From: Candidatus Hodarchaeota archaeon
Lineage (GTDB): Archaea; Asgardarchaeota; Heimdallarchaeia; Hodarchaeales; Hodarchaeaceae
Direction of reading: 5' to 3'
DNA: 26,722 bases
Assembly (NCBI GenBank): GCA_016839815.1
Contig: JAEOTM010000134.1
Coordinates: forward strand, 1-26,722
Under the pieces are notes generated by a model that did no database searches, had not been told where the DNA came from, and worked only from the letters and a program-made list of their open reading frames with translations. Every line of letters begins with the position of its first letter. The stretch's first letter is position 1. Shown one piece after another: positions 16,465-26,722 of this stretch. Both the position numbers and the translations under genes were made by a program.

Positions 16465-17951
16465 AAACTATGATTTTGAATCAACGCAGTACATTTCTCA
16501 ATATCAGGTGATAACTCCCGATCTTTATCTAAGAAGGAAATCGATTCACGAATTTTAGTAAAAATTTCTTTATTCTTAGGAGATATGTCTTCATGGATTT
16601 CCGCCATGTCTATCGCTTGTGCAACGCATAATAATTCAATAGCGAAAATATTTTGCAAATTATTGATGATCTGACGTAGCTTGTTCGCTGAGTTCATTCC
16701 CATACTTACATGATCTTCTTGATTTGCAGAAACTGGAATATTATCTACAGCTGCTGGTGTAGCAAGCTGTTTATTTTCAGATACCAATGCTGCTGCGGTA
16801 TACTGCGCAATCATAAATCCAGAATTCAATCCACTTCCAGACGATAGAAAAGGAGGTAATTTACTCAAAGATGGGTTCAATAGACGCTCGATTCGTCGTT
16901 CAGCAATTGTTCCTAATTCAGTAAGTGCAATGGCAAGAAAATCCAGAATCAATGCTATCGGTTCCCCATGAAAATTCCCGCCACTTAATACAGTTTCAGT
17001 TGAGAATATCAGAGGATTATCTGTAGATGAATTCATTTCAATTTCAATTATTTTTTTAGCATGTTCTAAAGTATCATATACCGCTCCATGTACTACGGGA
17101 GCGCATCTGAGTGAATAACTATCTTGATGTCCAATTAATTGTTTAATTCTCTTACTTCCCTCAAGATGCTTATGAATCGATTCTGCAGAACGAATTTGTC
17201 CAGTATGAGGACGAGCTTGGTGAATTAGTGGGTGTAAACTATCGATATTTCCTTGGTGAACTTCCATACTCAAAGCTGTACAAATATTTGCAATTTTCAC
17301 TAGATATAACGACTCAATAGTAGACAATGCTGCGATGGAGGTCATTGCTTGTGTTCCATTTAATAACGCAAGTCCCTCCTTTGCAACCAGCTTAAGTGGT
17401 TTTAATCCAATTTCACTTAAAGCTTCAAGACCGCTCATTTGTCGATTACTAAAACTAGCTGATCCTCTTCCTAATAATACTAGCGATAAATGAGCTAAAG
17501 GGGCTAAATCTCCACTAGCACCAAGACTTCCTTTTGAAGGAACATTAGGAGTAATACCATGATTTAAAAACTTAATAAGATATTCTATTACTTCTGATCG
17601 AATACCAGAATAGCCTTTAGCAAATTTATTTATTTGTAATGCCATTATCCCTCGTACTATTTCCTTTGAAAAATTGGGTCCAATTCCTGCGGCATGACTT
17701 TTTATTAAATTCTCTTGTAATATCCCTACATCACTTAAAGAAATATTAACCTCCTGTAAATACCCAAAACCAGTAGTAATTCCGTAAATTCTTTTATTAC
17801 TATTTAATATTTCTTGAACAATGTTAGCAGAATGTTCAATCCTATTTTGGGAGCTTAAAGTCAATTCAACATTTGAATTACATTGCGTTATTGATTTGAA
17901 ATTATCTAGTGTGAGGTTATCACCATTAAGAGCAAAAGAGTCTTCGTGCAT
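16461..17951 (-). CDS. hutH: Histidine ammonia-lyase
   Basis: YGITTGFG, His-specific SHAAG, MIO-forming GASGDLAPL, KEGLALLNGT, QDSYSLRC, GGNFHG, SANQEDHVSMG. Confidence 0.96.
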   Translation of the reverse strand: MHEDSFALNGDNLTLDNFKSITQCNSNVELTLSSQNRIEHSANIVQEILNSNKRIYGITTGFGYLQEVNISLSDVGILQENLIKSHAAGIGPNFSKEIVRGIMALQINKFAKGYSGIRSEVIEYLIKFLNHGITPNVPSKGSLGASGDLAPLAHLSLVLLGRGSASFSNRQMSGLEALSEIGLKPLKLVAKEGLALLNGTQAMTSIAALSTIESLYLVKIANICTALSMEVHQGNIDSLHPLIHQARPHTGQIRSAESIHKHLEGSKRIKQLIGHQDSYSLRCAPVVHGAVYDTLEHAKKIIEIEMNSSTDNPLIFSTETVLSGGNFHGEPIALILDFLAIALTELGTIAERRIERLLNPSLSKLPPFLSSGSGLNSGFMIAQYTAAALVSENKQLATPAAVDNIPVSANQEDHVSMGMNSANKLRQIINNLQNIFAIELLCVAQAIDMAEIHEDISPKNKEIFTKIRESISFLDKDRELSPDIEKCTALIQNHSF

Positions 17952-18060
17952 TTTTCTTCCCTTTTGTGAGAGGGATTCTTGAAAGCTAAAAAAAATTCTG
18001 ATCTCAAAGGTCTTTCCATAATGTTTTATTTATACACCAAAAATCTTCTTTTGATGTCTG

Positions 18061-19110
18061 ATGAGACAATTTAGTGGTCTTTCGTTACCCTTTTCTGCAC
18101 TTCTCGGATTATCTGATCCAAAAATCGCTTTAATTTTATCCATCATTGATCCAAAAATTGGTGGAGTACTAATTTCTGGACCAAAAGGTACAGGAAAAAG
18201 TTCATTAGTTCGATCTTTGAACTCAATCTTACCTTCCATCAAAGTAATGGAATGTCCATTTCAATGCTCTCCTGTAGACCCGAGAATTATGTGTGAATCT
18301 TGTCAGGAACAATATTCTCTGAGCAAATCTTCCATGAATTATATTGAAAGACCAATGCGCGTGATCACACTTCCGTTAGGAGCTACGGAAGATAGAGTAA
18401 TTGGTTCGTTGGATATTGAAAAAATAATTGAGCTAGGGATCGAAGCATTGTCTCCTGGGATTTTAGCAAGTGTTAATCAAGATATTTTATATATAGATGA
18501 AATTAATCTTCTCCCTGACCACTTAGTTGATACAATTTTAGACTGTGCCTCCTCTGGAGTAAATATCATTGAAAGAGAAAATATCTCAGTCCAGCATCCA
18601 AGTAATTTTATTCTGATTGGAACAATGAATCCTGAAGAAGGAGAATTACGACCTCAATTACTTGATCGCTTAAGTTTATTTGCACAAGCAGGAAACGTTC
18701 AAGACCTCCAAGAGAGAATGAAAATAATTGAATTAAATATGGCTTTGGAGGAGAGAAAAATTGAAAACTTAGCCAAATATATTCAAGAAGATAAGTTAAT
18801 TCAACAAAAGATCATTCAGGCTCGAAAACGACTTTCATCAGTCCAATTAAGTGCAAGGAATAAACTCTTGATTGCAAAATTATGCATCATATTGGAGGTA
18901 GATGGATTTCGTAGTGATATAGTCCTAGCACGAGCAAGTAGAGCTTATGCAGCATATAAAGGGCAAGCTGAGGTTTATGACGATGATATTCTTAGATGCT
19001 CATATCTAACATTATTACATCGTACCCGAGAAGGAGGTTTACAAGAACCCCCGAATCGAGTTGAAATTAAAAACAATTTTTCTAAGATTATGGAAAAAGG
19101 GAATAGATGA
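18061..19110 (+). CDS. chlI: Magnesium/cobalt chelatase subunit I-like AAA+ ATPase
   Basis: PFSA..G, GGVLI, Walker A GPKGTGKS, LPLGATEDRVIGSLDIE, Walker B LYIDEINLL, GTMNPEEGELRPQLLDR. Confidence 0.88.
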   Translation: MRQFSGLSLPFSALLGLSDPKIALILSIIDPKIGGVLISGPKGTGKSSLVRSLNSILPSIKVMECPFQCSPVDPRIMCESCQEQYSLSKSSMNYIERPMRVITLPLGATEDRVIGSLDIEKIIELGIEALSPGILASVNQDILYIDEINLLPDHLVDTILDCASSGVNIIERENISVQHPSNFILIGTMNPEEGELRPQLLDRLSLFAQAGNVQDLQERMKIIELNMALEERKIENLAKYIQEDKLIQQKIIQARKRLSSVQLSARNKLLIAKLCIILEVDGFRSDIVLARASRAYAAYKGQAEVYDDDILRCSYLTLLHRTREGGLQEPPNRVEIKNNFSKIMEKGNR

Positions 19111-19129
19111 ATTTCTTTGACTAGTGCAT

Positions 19130-19612
19130 CTAACTTCGAGTTTCACTAGTGGATGGTGCAATTCCACTTGATAAAACGCCACCAAGGGATCCTGTAAACA
19201 GACTTACAAACGTACCAGGCCACACGCCAATTAAACTTAGATTGATTAAATACAGAGAAATGGTTCTAAAATTTTCTGGGTCTTCTCCAAATATATTCAC
19301 TCTTACTAATGCTCCGAAGAGAGGAAACAACATTGAACCGATAAAAACGGAGAAAACTCCTGCTATTAAACCAGAAGTTATAGGAGAACTAAGATTTAAT
19401 CTATTAACACGCAATCCTACAAAAAACCCAGTGAAAAAACCACTAAAAACGCCAAAAAAGAATGCAGACCCTAATACAAGCGACATAATATTGGGTCCTT
19501 CACTCAAATTTATAGGAAAAATGAAATACGCAAGTAAAGTGTAAATACTTACATATAATAACCCAGCTAGAAGAATCTGAGTCAAATGAAATTTTTTATC
19601 AGGAATAGCCAT
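19130..19612 (-). CDS. Small integral membrane protein of unknown function (about 4 TM helices, Gly-rich)
   Basis: Four hydrophobic stretches with GxxxG-type repeats (GVFSGFFTGFFVG, GLIAG, GSLGG). Confidence 0.75.
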   Translation of the reverse strand: MAIPDKKFHLTQILLAGLLYVSIYTLLAYFIFPINLSEGPNIMSLVLGSAFFFGVFSGFFTGFFVGLRVNRLNLSSPITSGLIAGVFSVFIGSMLFPLFGALVRVNIFGEDPENFRTISLYLINLSLIGVWPGTFVSLFTGSLGGVLSSGIAPSTSETRS

Positions 19613-20235
19613 CTTTCACTCTACAAATCCCAATTTTTTATTAATTATTAAATGGCTTATGATAAATACAAAAATCAAGAGTCTTGAGGATTAAATAATC
19701 TTAAAAAAATATTTCAAATTTCGTAATTTTGACTGTAATATGGGAAAACCTAAATGGCAAACACTTGATGACCAAGATGTAAAAAAGTTAAAAAGCGAAA
19801 TGTAGACGATCTATGGGCTAGTAGGTACATTAGGAAATGTAAATACTCAATATTTTTATTTTTTGATTAGTTTGAATATAGTTCATTATTATATATATGG
19901 AACGGGACGCTATCCCAGAGAAATTACATTTAATTATACGTACGCAATGGTATTCCTCATTTCATGGCGTATCTATATATAGTACTTCCTGAATTCTTGC
20001 GTAAAAAAGAATACTGTAAATTGTATCGAATAATCCAATAATAGGCTGAGGGTAAACTTATAAATTATATCAAAACAGCAAAATCTCGCACAAAACTCTA
20101 GCTGCTCTGCAGATACTCACAGAGTTCTTACAATGAGATTCCTATATTAGTTTAGATAGATCCAATCTGGCTAGATTTTCAATGATTCTTTAACGTGAGC
20201 AGATTAGAAATAGTTGTGTTATGGAGAATAAAATT

Positions 20236-22182
20236 ATGAATAAAAACTATAGAATAGCCCTTTCTCTAGTGGTGATATTCGCAATTTCAGTTTTTAGCGG
20301 TTGTGTTGGTGAAACTGAAAAACACGAAGAATTAGTACTCGAATTAGACCAAGATTTAATCTTTATTGATATTCGAGATCCACAGGCTAGTTCAGCATAC
20401 GATGTCGAGGTAAATTATCAATATGCCGGATATCTAATGCAGCTAGCTCCAGGTGAGACCCTTGTCATCATGCCTGGTGTAGCTGAGAGTTGGACAGTTA
20501 CGAATCCTGCCACTGAAAACGAAACATGGACTTTTAACATCCGAGAAGGTGCTAAATTCCATGATGGTTCCGAGATCACTGCAAAAGATGTTCAATACAG
20601 CTATTACGCTGGTAGGTATGTCGAGGAACAATATGATAATGTAAGCGAGGCCATGGATGACTATGTCGGTGATGGTTATAATATCACATTCCCCGCAAGT
20701 GATCCAAATGGTGAAGGTAGCGTTGTTACTTTCTCTGGTTCATTCTTCCCTGCTCCCACATTCCCGTTCGCTGTCGCTGGACAATATTGGGGCGCATACA
20801 TGTTAGTTCCTTATGGTTCACACGGAACGTACGATGATAATAATGACACCTGTGCAGAAAAATACGAAGATTGGGTTGATATGCCTATCTCTGCAGGAGC
20901 GTTTAAATTCGCAGAACACAGAGACGAAGACTACATCCTATTTGAACGCTTTGATCAATGGTACGGCTGGGGTGAAACCTTTGAAGCCTCCAACGGTGAA
21001 AGCTATACTTTTCCCTCAGTTGATGATGCATTTAAGCGTTTAAGATACCGTGTTATTCAAGATTCAGCAATGGCCCTTGTAGAACTCCGTACTGGTGGTA
21101 TTGATGTTACTACTGGAAACTTCCTTAGCAAGAGTGCTCTAATGGAAACAAACGATACAGAAGGCTTCTACGCATATACTACGGAAACATTAACTACCGC
21201 CTTATTAAATATGAATAAAGAAGGCGATTGGCCAACGTACTTTGGTGGACCTGGAAACTTCCCACTTTCAGAAGCATGGTTCCGAAAAGCCCTTTCTCAC
21301 GCAATTAACCGTACTAATATAGTTGAGAATGTGTATCTAGGACTAGCAGTAGAAAAGACAAATGTCTTTTCTGAGAAAAGCTTAGCGAATTTCCCAGGGA
21401 TAGATACCTCGGATTACTATGACTTTGATCAAGGAGTCGCTGAAGCAGAAGCTATACTAGATGCAATGGGATATACCCCAGGGAAATTCTCAGATGAACC
21501 TGATAACCGCTTCGGACATGGTGTATATGCCAATGAAACCCAGATTAATGGAGTAAACCAAACCAAAGGTAAACACTTCAGAATAATTACAATGGAGTGT
21601 GACTTCTGTGCTCCTCGTGTTCTAGCAATCCAGAAAGATCTAAAACAGATAGGAGTTTATCTTGATATCGACATCATGGAATGGGGTGCATATTTAACAG
21701 ACTTAAGATACAGCGCGGATTCTGGGTTCGATTATAACAGCACAGGTCCACAGCCTGATCCAAATTTCCGTGGTCCAAATTGGGACTTTTCTACTGGTGG
21801 ATCTGGTGGTTGGTTAGATATACCACTTAATGATATCAGCTTCTATTCCTATGTCTATTACATGTATTACGGATATGCTGAAACCAGCTGGTTTAATATC
21901 GATTACGAAGTTGCTTATGCAAAAGCTAGTGATGGTGAAGGATTCCTTTGGATGAATTGGGAAGGTGGACCTACTGACTGGCCCTATCCTGTTCCTGAGT
22001 ACAGTGCAGATAATGAACAATTCGTCGAAGCATGTGAAGATGCAGGAGAGATCATTTCCGAATATCTACCAAGAGTTCCGTTAGTTGCGTATACAGATGC
22101 GTACTGTATGAATGATCATCTGAATAACTTCATGGGTTCAAGTGGCGGCCATTATCACGCAGCTTATTCCTATTGGGCATAA
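20236..22182 (+). CDS. ABC transporter substrate-binding lipoprotein, family 5 (Dpp/Opp/Nik type)
   Basis: Lipobox-like FSGC; PGVAESW...WTFNIREGAKFHDGSEITAKDV family-5 signature; FRKALSHAINR. The ORF opens at 20221; GGAG SD favours the ATG at 20236. Confidence 0.9.
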   Translation: MNKNYRIALSLVVIFAISVFSGCVGETEKHEELVLELDQDLIFIDIRDPQASSAYDVEVNYQYAGYLMQLAPGETLVIMPGVAESWTVTNPATENETWTFNIREGAKFHDGSEITAKDVQYSYYAGRYVEEQYDNVSEAMDDYVGDGYNITFPASDPNGEGSVVTFSGSFFPAPTFPFAVAGQYWGAYMLVPYGSHGTYDDNNDTCAEKYEDWVDMPISAGAFKFAEHRDEDYILFERFDQWYGWGETFEASNGESYTFPSVDDAFKRLRYRVIQDSAMALVELRTGGIDVTTGNFLSKSALMETNDTEGFYAYTTETLTTALLNMNKEGDWPTYFGGPGNFPLSEAWFRKALSHAINRTNIVENVYLGLAVEKTNVFSEKSLANFPGIDTSDYYDFDQGVAEAEAILDAMGYTPGKFSDEPDNRFGHGVYANETQINGVNQTKGKHFRIITMECDFCAPRVLAIQKDLKQIGVYLDIDIMEWGAYLTDLRYSADSGFDYNSTGPQPDPNFRGPNWDFSTGGSGGWLDIPLNDISFYSYVYYMYYGYAETSWFNIDYEVAYAKASDGEGFLWMNWEGGPTDWPYPVPEYSADNEQFVEACEDAGEIISEYLPRVPLVAYTDAYCMNDHLNNFMGSSGGHYHAAYSYWA

Positions 22183-22198
22183 TTAAATCCCAATCCCC

Positions 22199-22211
22199 TT
22201 TTCTTTTTTTT
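22199..22211 (+). terminator. Oligo-T terminator after the substrate-binding protein gene
   Basis: TTTTCTTTTTTTT about 17 nt after the TAA stop. Confidence 0.5.
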
Positions 22212-22496
22212 ATTCAAAATTACAGATGTTGATTTTAAATAAGACTCAAAGCATCCTCACTGATTAACACTATCAATTTTCTGATAAGCGAGATATAAAA
22301 ATTCCTCCAGTAGAGCTCCCAGACAACTATCAATGGGTTGTTAAATATTTTTGGTTAGTGGCAATAACCAACCAGTCGACGTTCCACATTAATTAATAGA
22401 ATGCTCTGTGCAATCGTCTTTCAAGATATAAGATTGAGAGGAACTTCTAGTTAATGGTAGGTGTGCGACCAACCACTCAAAGGAATGAAAATCAAG

Positions 22497-23507
22497 ATGG
22501 CAGGACTAAAAAGATACATTCTTAAACGATTAATGCTTGCACCTATACTTTTAATAGTAATTACAATGATTACATACTCTTCAGCTGCCTTAGCAGTTGG
22601 TGATCCGGCAGTACTTATTTTCGGTGGGCAGCTTAATCCAGATTTTGATAGGTCGCCAGGCCGAGAGCAAACACAAGAAGACTTCGAAGAAGCTGAACAA
22701 AAGTATCTAGATCTAAGGAAAAAACTAGGTTTAGACCATCCAATTTGGATTCAATACTTAATCTGGCTTGCTCATTTAGCAATAGGTGATTTTGGAACGA
22801 ATTGGGTTACTGGGGAACCTATTGTGGAAGAGATGTTGAATCTATTCCCTGCAACGCTTCAGCTTTCGATTACAGGTTTATTATTTGCCACAGCTACAGG
22901 GATTATTGTGGGAATTATTTCTGCAATTAAACATAATCAAAAAACGGATCGTGTATTGGTATTTGCTACTCTAACCCTATACTCAACTCCTGGCTATTGG
23001 CTAGCTTTCATATTAATACAATTTATTGCAGTTGATATGCTGCCACTTCATGGGGGATTTATCACTCCAGGTTGGCGACCTAATGCGAATCCAATTGGTA
23101 GGCTTATTATTCCTGGAGTAGCAATGGGTATTTCGTCTGCTGGATTCTATGCACGAATTACACGTTCTAGTATGCTCGAAGTCATCCGCCAAGATTATAT
23201 TGTTACAGCACGTTCAAAAGGTTTAGCCGAGAAGGTTGTCATCTATAAACATGCCCTTAAAAATGCATTAATACCCGTTGTGACCGTTATTGGATTGAGC
23301 TTGGCTGGTCTATTTGGTGGAGCGGTCATAATGGAAACAATTTTCCTGTGGCCTGGTATGGGAAGGTATGGCTATGCAGCTCTGAATACACGTAATTATC
23401 CAGTCATTATGGCGGTAGTTCTCTTTAGTTCTACCTTACTTATTATTATGAACCTTGTTGTAGATATTGCCTACGCTTATCTAGATCCACGAATTCGATA
23501 TGGTTAA
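22497..23507 (+). CDS. dppB: Peptide/nickel ABC transporter permease (DppB/OppB)
   Basis: LGLDHPIWIQY..W, GDFG, PATLQL, EAA loop RSSMLEVIRQDYIVTARSKGL, HALKNALIP, DPRI. The ORF opens at a GTG at 22461. Confidence 0.93.
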   Translation: MAGLKRYILKRLMLAPILLIVITMITYSSAALAVGDPAVLIFGGQLNPDFDRSPGREQTQEDFEEAEQKYLDLRKKLGLDHPIWIQYLIWLAHLAIGDFGTNWVTGEPIVEEMLNLFPATLQLSITGLLFATATGIIVGIISAIKHNQKTDRVLVFATLTLYSTPGYWLAFILIQFIAVDMLPLHGGFITPGWRPNANPIGRLIIPGVAMGISSAGFYARITRSSMLEVIRQDYIVTARSKGLAEKVVIYKHALKNALIPVVTVIGLSLAGLFGGAVIMETIFLWPGMGRYGYAALNTRNYPVIMAVVLFSSTLLIIMNLVVDIAYAYLDPRIRYG

Positions 23508-23525
23508 ACTAATGAGGTTATTAGC

Positions 23526-24509
23526 ATGGAAATAAGCACAAAAACACAAGAAGAACTGGTCGCTCAAGTAAAACGGGAAAGACGTTTCCGTAATCGTATA
23601 TGGGCATATTTTCGGTCTTTATTAAGTAATTGGACCGCTACAATTGGTTTCATTATTGTCGTACTATTTCTCTTCACAGCAGTATTTGCAGAAGTGATTG
23701 CTCCTTATCATCCAACTAATGATGATTACTGGGACGGAATGCCCCATTTTGCCTTACCATTGACTACACCGAATGAAGGTCAAACATTTGCTGACAATAA
23801 AACTTTTCCTTTAGTTCTTGGTACTAATTGGGCTGGAGAAGATATCTTATCAAGAATCATTTATGGAGCACGGAACGCATTATTTGCTGGTTTGATATCG
23901 ATAAGTGTAGGCCTAATAGGAGGCATAGCTATAGGTTCTGTTTCTGGATATCTTGGCGGAACTGTAGATAATATCTTAATGCGAGTAGTCGACGCGTGGA
24001 TGTCAATTCCAAGTTTCTTTATGTTACTTATTATTGTGGCCGCACTCAGAGATCAACCTTGGAACCCTGCGGGTAAGTATACTTTGTTTATTGCCATGTT
24101 TTTCGTAGGTTTCATGGGTATCCCTGGATATGCTCGAATTCTTCGTGGATCGGTTCTCGCTGTAAGAGAAATGGACTTTATTGAAGCAGCACGAGCCACA
24201 GGTTCGAATGAAATACGAATTATTCGGAAACATATCCTTCCAAATGTATTCCCCATTGTTCTTGTCTATGCAACTATGGGGATTGGTGGAGCAATAATGA
24301 GTACAGCTGGACTTAGTTTTATTGGTTTAGGGGCACGTCCAGGACAGCCTGATTGGGGTGGTGATATGAACGGTGCCCGTTACTACTTCTTTCTGTATCC
24401 TCATGTTATGTTTTGGCCTGGATTTGCGATTTTTATTGTAGTTTTAGGATTCAATCTGATTGGAGATTGGCTTCGTGACGTTTTAGATCCTCGAACAAGG
24501 GATGTGTAA
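23526..24509 (+). CDS. dppC: Peptide/nickel ABC transporter permease (DppC/OppC)
   Basis: LGTNWAGEDILSRIIYGAR, DFIEAARATG, HILPN, LSFIGLG, GDWLRDVLDPR. Confidence 0.93.
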   Translation: MEISTKTQEELVAQVKRERRFRNRIWAYFRSLLSNWTATIGFIIVVLFLFTAVFAEVIAPYHPTNDDYWDGMPHFALPLTTPNEGQTFADNKTFPLVLGTNWAGEDILSRIIYGARNALFAGLISISVGLIGGIAIGSVSGYLGGTVDNILMRVVDAWMSIPSFFMLLIIVAALRDQPWNPAGKYTLFIAMFFVGFMGIPGYARILRGSVLAVREMDFIEAARATGSNEIRIIRKHILPNVFPIVLVYATMGIGGAIMSTAGLSFIGLGARPGQPDWGGDMNGARYYFFLYPHVMFWPGFAIFIVVLGFNLIGDWLRDVLDPRTRDV

Positions 24510-24514
24510 GTACT

Positions 24515-25495
24515 ATGGCAACTGGAACATTACTCGATGTCAATGATCTTAGAACATATTTCTATACTAAGAAAGGTGTAGTAAAAGCGGTTGATGGGGT
24601 AACTTATTCGATTAATCGCGGTGAAAGCCTCGGTCTTGTCGGTGAATCAGGCTGTGGAAAAAGTGTCTCTGCTCTCTCTTTAATGCGCTTGATACCTTCT
24701 CCCCCAGGAAAGATTGAGAGCGGAGTTGTTGAATTTGATGGAATTGAGTTACTTGGAGCAAATCAAATTTCAAATACAGAAATGCGTGCAATACGTGGAA
24801 ACAGAATTTCGATGATTTTCCAAGATCCTATGACCTCTCTTAATCCAGTTCTGACTGTTGGTGAACAGGTTTCTGAAGCAATTGCATTACATCAAAATCT
24901 TACCAAACATGAAGTTTTGGAAAAAGTCATTGACTATTTCAGTCTCGTAAGTCTTCCCAATCCACGAGATCGTGTAGAAAATTATCCTCATCAGCTCAGC
25001 GGCGGAATGCGCCAACGAGTAGGGATTGCTATGGCCCTTTCCTGTAATCCAAGTCTGCTAATTGCCGATGAACCTACAACAGCGTTAGATGTGACCATTC
25101 AAGCCCAGATCTTAGAAATTTTAGCAAATTTGATGAATGAGATACAAACTTCACTGATTTTGATTACTCATAACTTAGGTCTGGTCGTGGAACTTTGCCA
25201 GAAGGTTGCGGTCATGTACGCGGGAAGAATCACGGAATTTGGATTGGTTGAACATATATTCAACAACCCAAAACATCCCTACACTCTTGGATTACATGCC
25301 TCAATACCGAAAATCTCTGAAAAACGTGATCGCCTTATACCCATTCCAGGGGATGTGCCTGATCTAATTAGTCCACCCCCTGGATGTCCTTTTCATCCTC
25401 GTTGCTCAAAAGCAATGCCTAAATGTCGGGAATCTTACCCAAATACTTTCGAATTTGAACCAGGACATCTGGTTTCGTGTCATCTTTATGGATAG
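24515..25495 (+). CDS. dppD: Peptide ABC transporter ATP-binding protein (DppD/OppD)
   Basis: [45 protein letters not shown], Cys-rich C-terminus GCPFHPRC. Confidence 0.95.
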   Translation: MATGTLLDVNDLRTYFYTKKGVVKAVDGVTYSINRGESLGLVGESGCGKSVSALSLMRLIPSPPGKIESGVVEFDGIELLGANQISNTEMRAIRGNRISMIFQDPMTSLNPVLTVGEQVSEAIALHQNLTKHEVLEKVIDYFSLVSLPNPRDRVENYPHQLSGGMRQRVGIAMALSCNPSLLIADEPTTALDVTIQAQILEILANLMNEIQTSLILITHNLGLVVELCQKVAVMYAGRITEFGLVEHIFNNPKHPYTLGLHASIPKISEKRDRLIPIPGDVPDLISPPPGCPFHPRCSKAMPKCRESYPNTFEFEPGHLVSCHLYG

Positions 25496-25507
25496 GAGTG
25501 ATTGGAA

Positions 25508-26500
25508 ATGAAATCAGAAACTATGCTTGAAGTAAAAAACCTGAAAATGTACTTTGAAGTTGCGAAAGGCCTCTTTTCTTCTGATACTCTTACTTTGAGA
25601 GCAGTAGATAATATTAGCTTTAAAATTAAACGAGGAAGCACTCTTGGTCTAGTAGGAGAATCAGGTTGTGGTAAAACTACCGCCGCCCGATGTATTTTAA
25701 GGTTATACAACGCTACAGATGGTCAAATAGTATTTGAAGATGAAGATATTACCCATCTTAAAGGACGTAAACTCAGACGATTGAGAAAGGATATGCAGAT
25801 TATTTTCCAAGACCCCTACTCATCATTAGATCCTCGAATGAGTGTAGGAGATATAATCGGTGAACCTCTTGAAGTTCATGGTGTCGCAAATGCCTCTGAG
25901 CGTTCAGAAATTGTGTTTAATCTTCTTAAAACAGTAGGCCTTGCACCTGATCATTTCTATCGTTTTCCCCACGAATTCTCAGGAGGACAGCGTCAAAGAA
26001 TTGGTGTTGCTCGTGCTTTAGCACTGAATCCGAAGTTTATTGTAGCTGATGAGCCTGTATCCGCATTGGATGTATCAATTCAAGCGCAAATACTTAATCT
26101 TCTTCAAGACCTCCAAAAAGAATTTGATTTGACCTATCTTGTTGTTGCGCATGATCTAGGAGTTGTACGACATCTGACACAAGAAGTTGCAGTTATGTAT
26201 GTAGGCAAAATTGTTGAAAAAGCTCCAACAGAAGAACTTTTCCAGAATTTTGCTCATCCTTATACGGAAGCATTAATCTCGGCTGTTCCTAGCTTAGACC
26301 TTCAAAGAAAAATGGACAGGCTTGTTCTCCGTGGTGATGTCCCTAGTCCTATTTTCCCACCTCCTGGATGTCGTTTCTCACCAAGATGTATGTATGCGAA
26401 GTCTATTTGTTCTCGAGAAGAACCACCATTAGAAGAAATTGCTCCAGATCATTTTACTGCATGTCATTTCCCATTGGGAGGCTCTGATTACAGCTATTAG
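25508..26500 (+). CDS. dppF: Peptide ABC transporter ATP-binding protein (DppF/OppF)
   Basis: [53 protein letters not shown]. The ORF opens at TTG 25502; SD AGGAGTGA favours the ATG at 25508. Confidence 0.95.
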   Translation: MKSETMLEVKNLKMYFEVAKGLFSSDTLTLRAVDNISFKIKRGSTLGLVGESGCGKTTAARCILRLYNATDGQIVFEDEDITHLKGRKLRRLRKDMQIIFQDPYSSLDPRMSVGDIIGEPLEVHGVANASERSEIVFNLLKTVGLAPDHFYRFPHEFSGGQRQRIGVARALALNPKFIVADEPVSALDVSIQAQILNLLQDLQKEFDLTYLVVAHDLGVVRHLTQEVAVMYVGKIVEKAPTEELFQNFAHPYTEALISAVPSLDLQRKMDRLVLRGDVPSPIFPPPGCRFSPRCMYAKSICSREEPPLEEIAPDHFTACHFPLGGSDYSY

Positions 26501-26722
26501 GTAAGTGTCAAGAAATTATGTAGAATAAACTCTATTAATTCCTTGAGTTTTTTCTACACTATCTTCCATTTTGATACACACTAAAAAATGCCTATTTTTA
26601 GCGATCATTTAACTGCCGAATCAGTGAGATTTTTCAGAGTGAAAAAACAGAACATAATAACCCTCACAGTATGTCAGAATCAGATAAAAAAGAAAAAAAA
26701 TCTTCTAGATAATGATGTGTAC

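Noticed and set aside
18061-19110. Reading the ChlI-like gene as evidence of (bacterio)chlorophyll synthesis
   Set aside because: No other photosynthesis genes are present, and ChlI-like ATPases are common in non-phototrophic archaea.
19149-19544. 131-aa plus-strand ORF
   Set aside because: Its Lys/Pro/Asn-rich composition is the mirror image of the Phe/Gly-rich membrane protein on the minus strand.
19740-19805. 21-codon ORF MGKPKWQTLDDQDVKKLKSEM in the 600-bp gap before the ABC cluster
   Set aside because: No SD and no recognisable homology; cannot be distinguished from chance without conservation or ribosome-profiling data.
26501-26722. Possible gene end and minus-strand T-tract at the right edge
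   Set aside because: The A-run near 26686-26700 may terminate a gene outside the window, but too little sequence is visible to support a call.

Overview
An AT-rich archaeal window, most likely from an Asgard archaeon (Heimdallarchaeia/Hodarchaeales-like). This is inferred from TFE, a Phr-type regulator, an archaeal-type GGPP synthase, a roadblock protein and a SNARE-like protein; no search was run. Left to right: (1) a minus-strand heat-shock block (coiled-coil protein, Phr/HSR1-like regulator, grpE, dnaK truncated by the window edge); (2) a HAD hydrolase and a polyprenyl synthase; (3) on the minus strand, a tail-anchored Q-SNARE-like protein, a roadblock/LC7 protein and tfe; (4) a divergent 1050-aa membrane-anchored subtilase collinear with eukaryotic Site-1 protease; (5) a histidine/nitrogen catabolic cluster (divergent HutI-like enzyme, glnA, M20 amidohydrolase, hutH); (6) an orphan ChlI-like AAA+ ATPase and a small membrane protein; (7) a complete Dpp/Opp-type ABC transporter. 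The most notable signals are the SNARE-like/roadblock/S1P-like neighbourhood, an SD-covering inverted repeat in front of the heat-shock operon, and the altered active site of the HutI-like enzyme. I saw no rRNA, tRNA, CRISPR array or mobile element.
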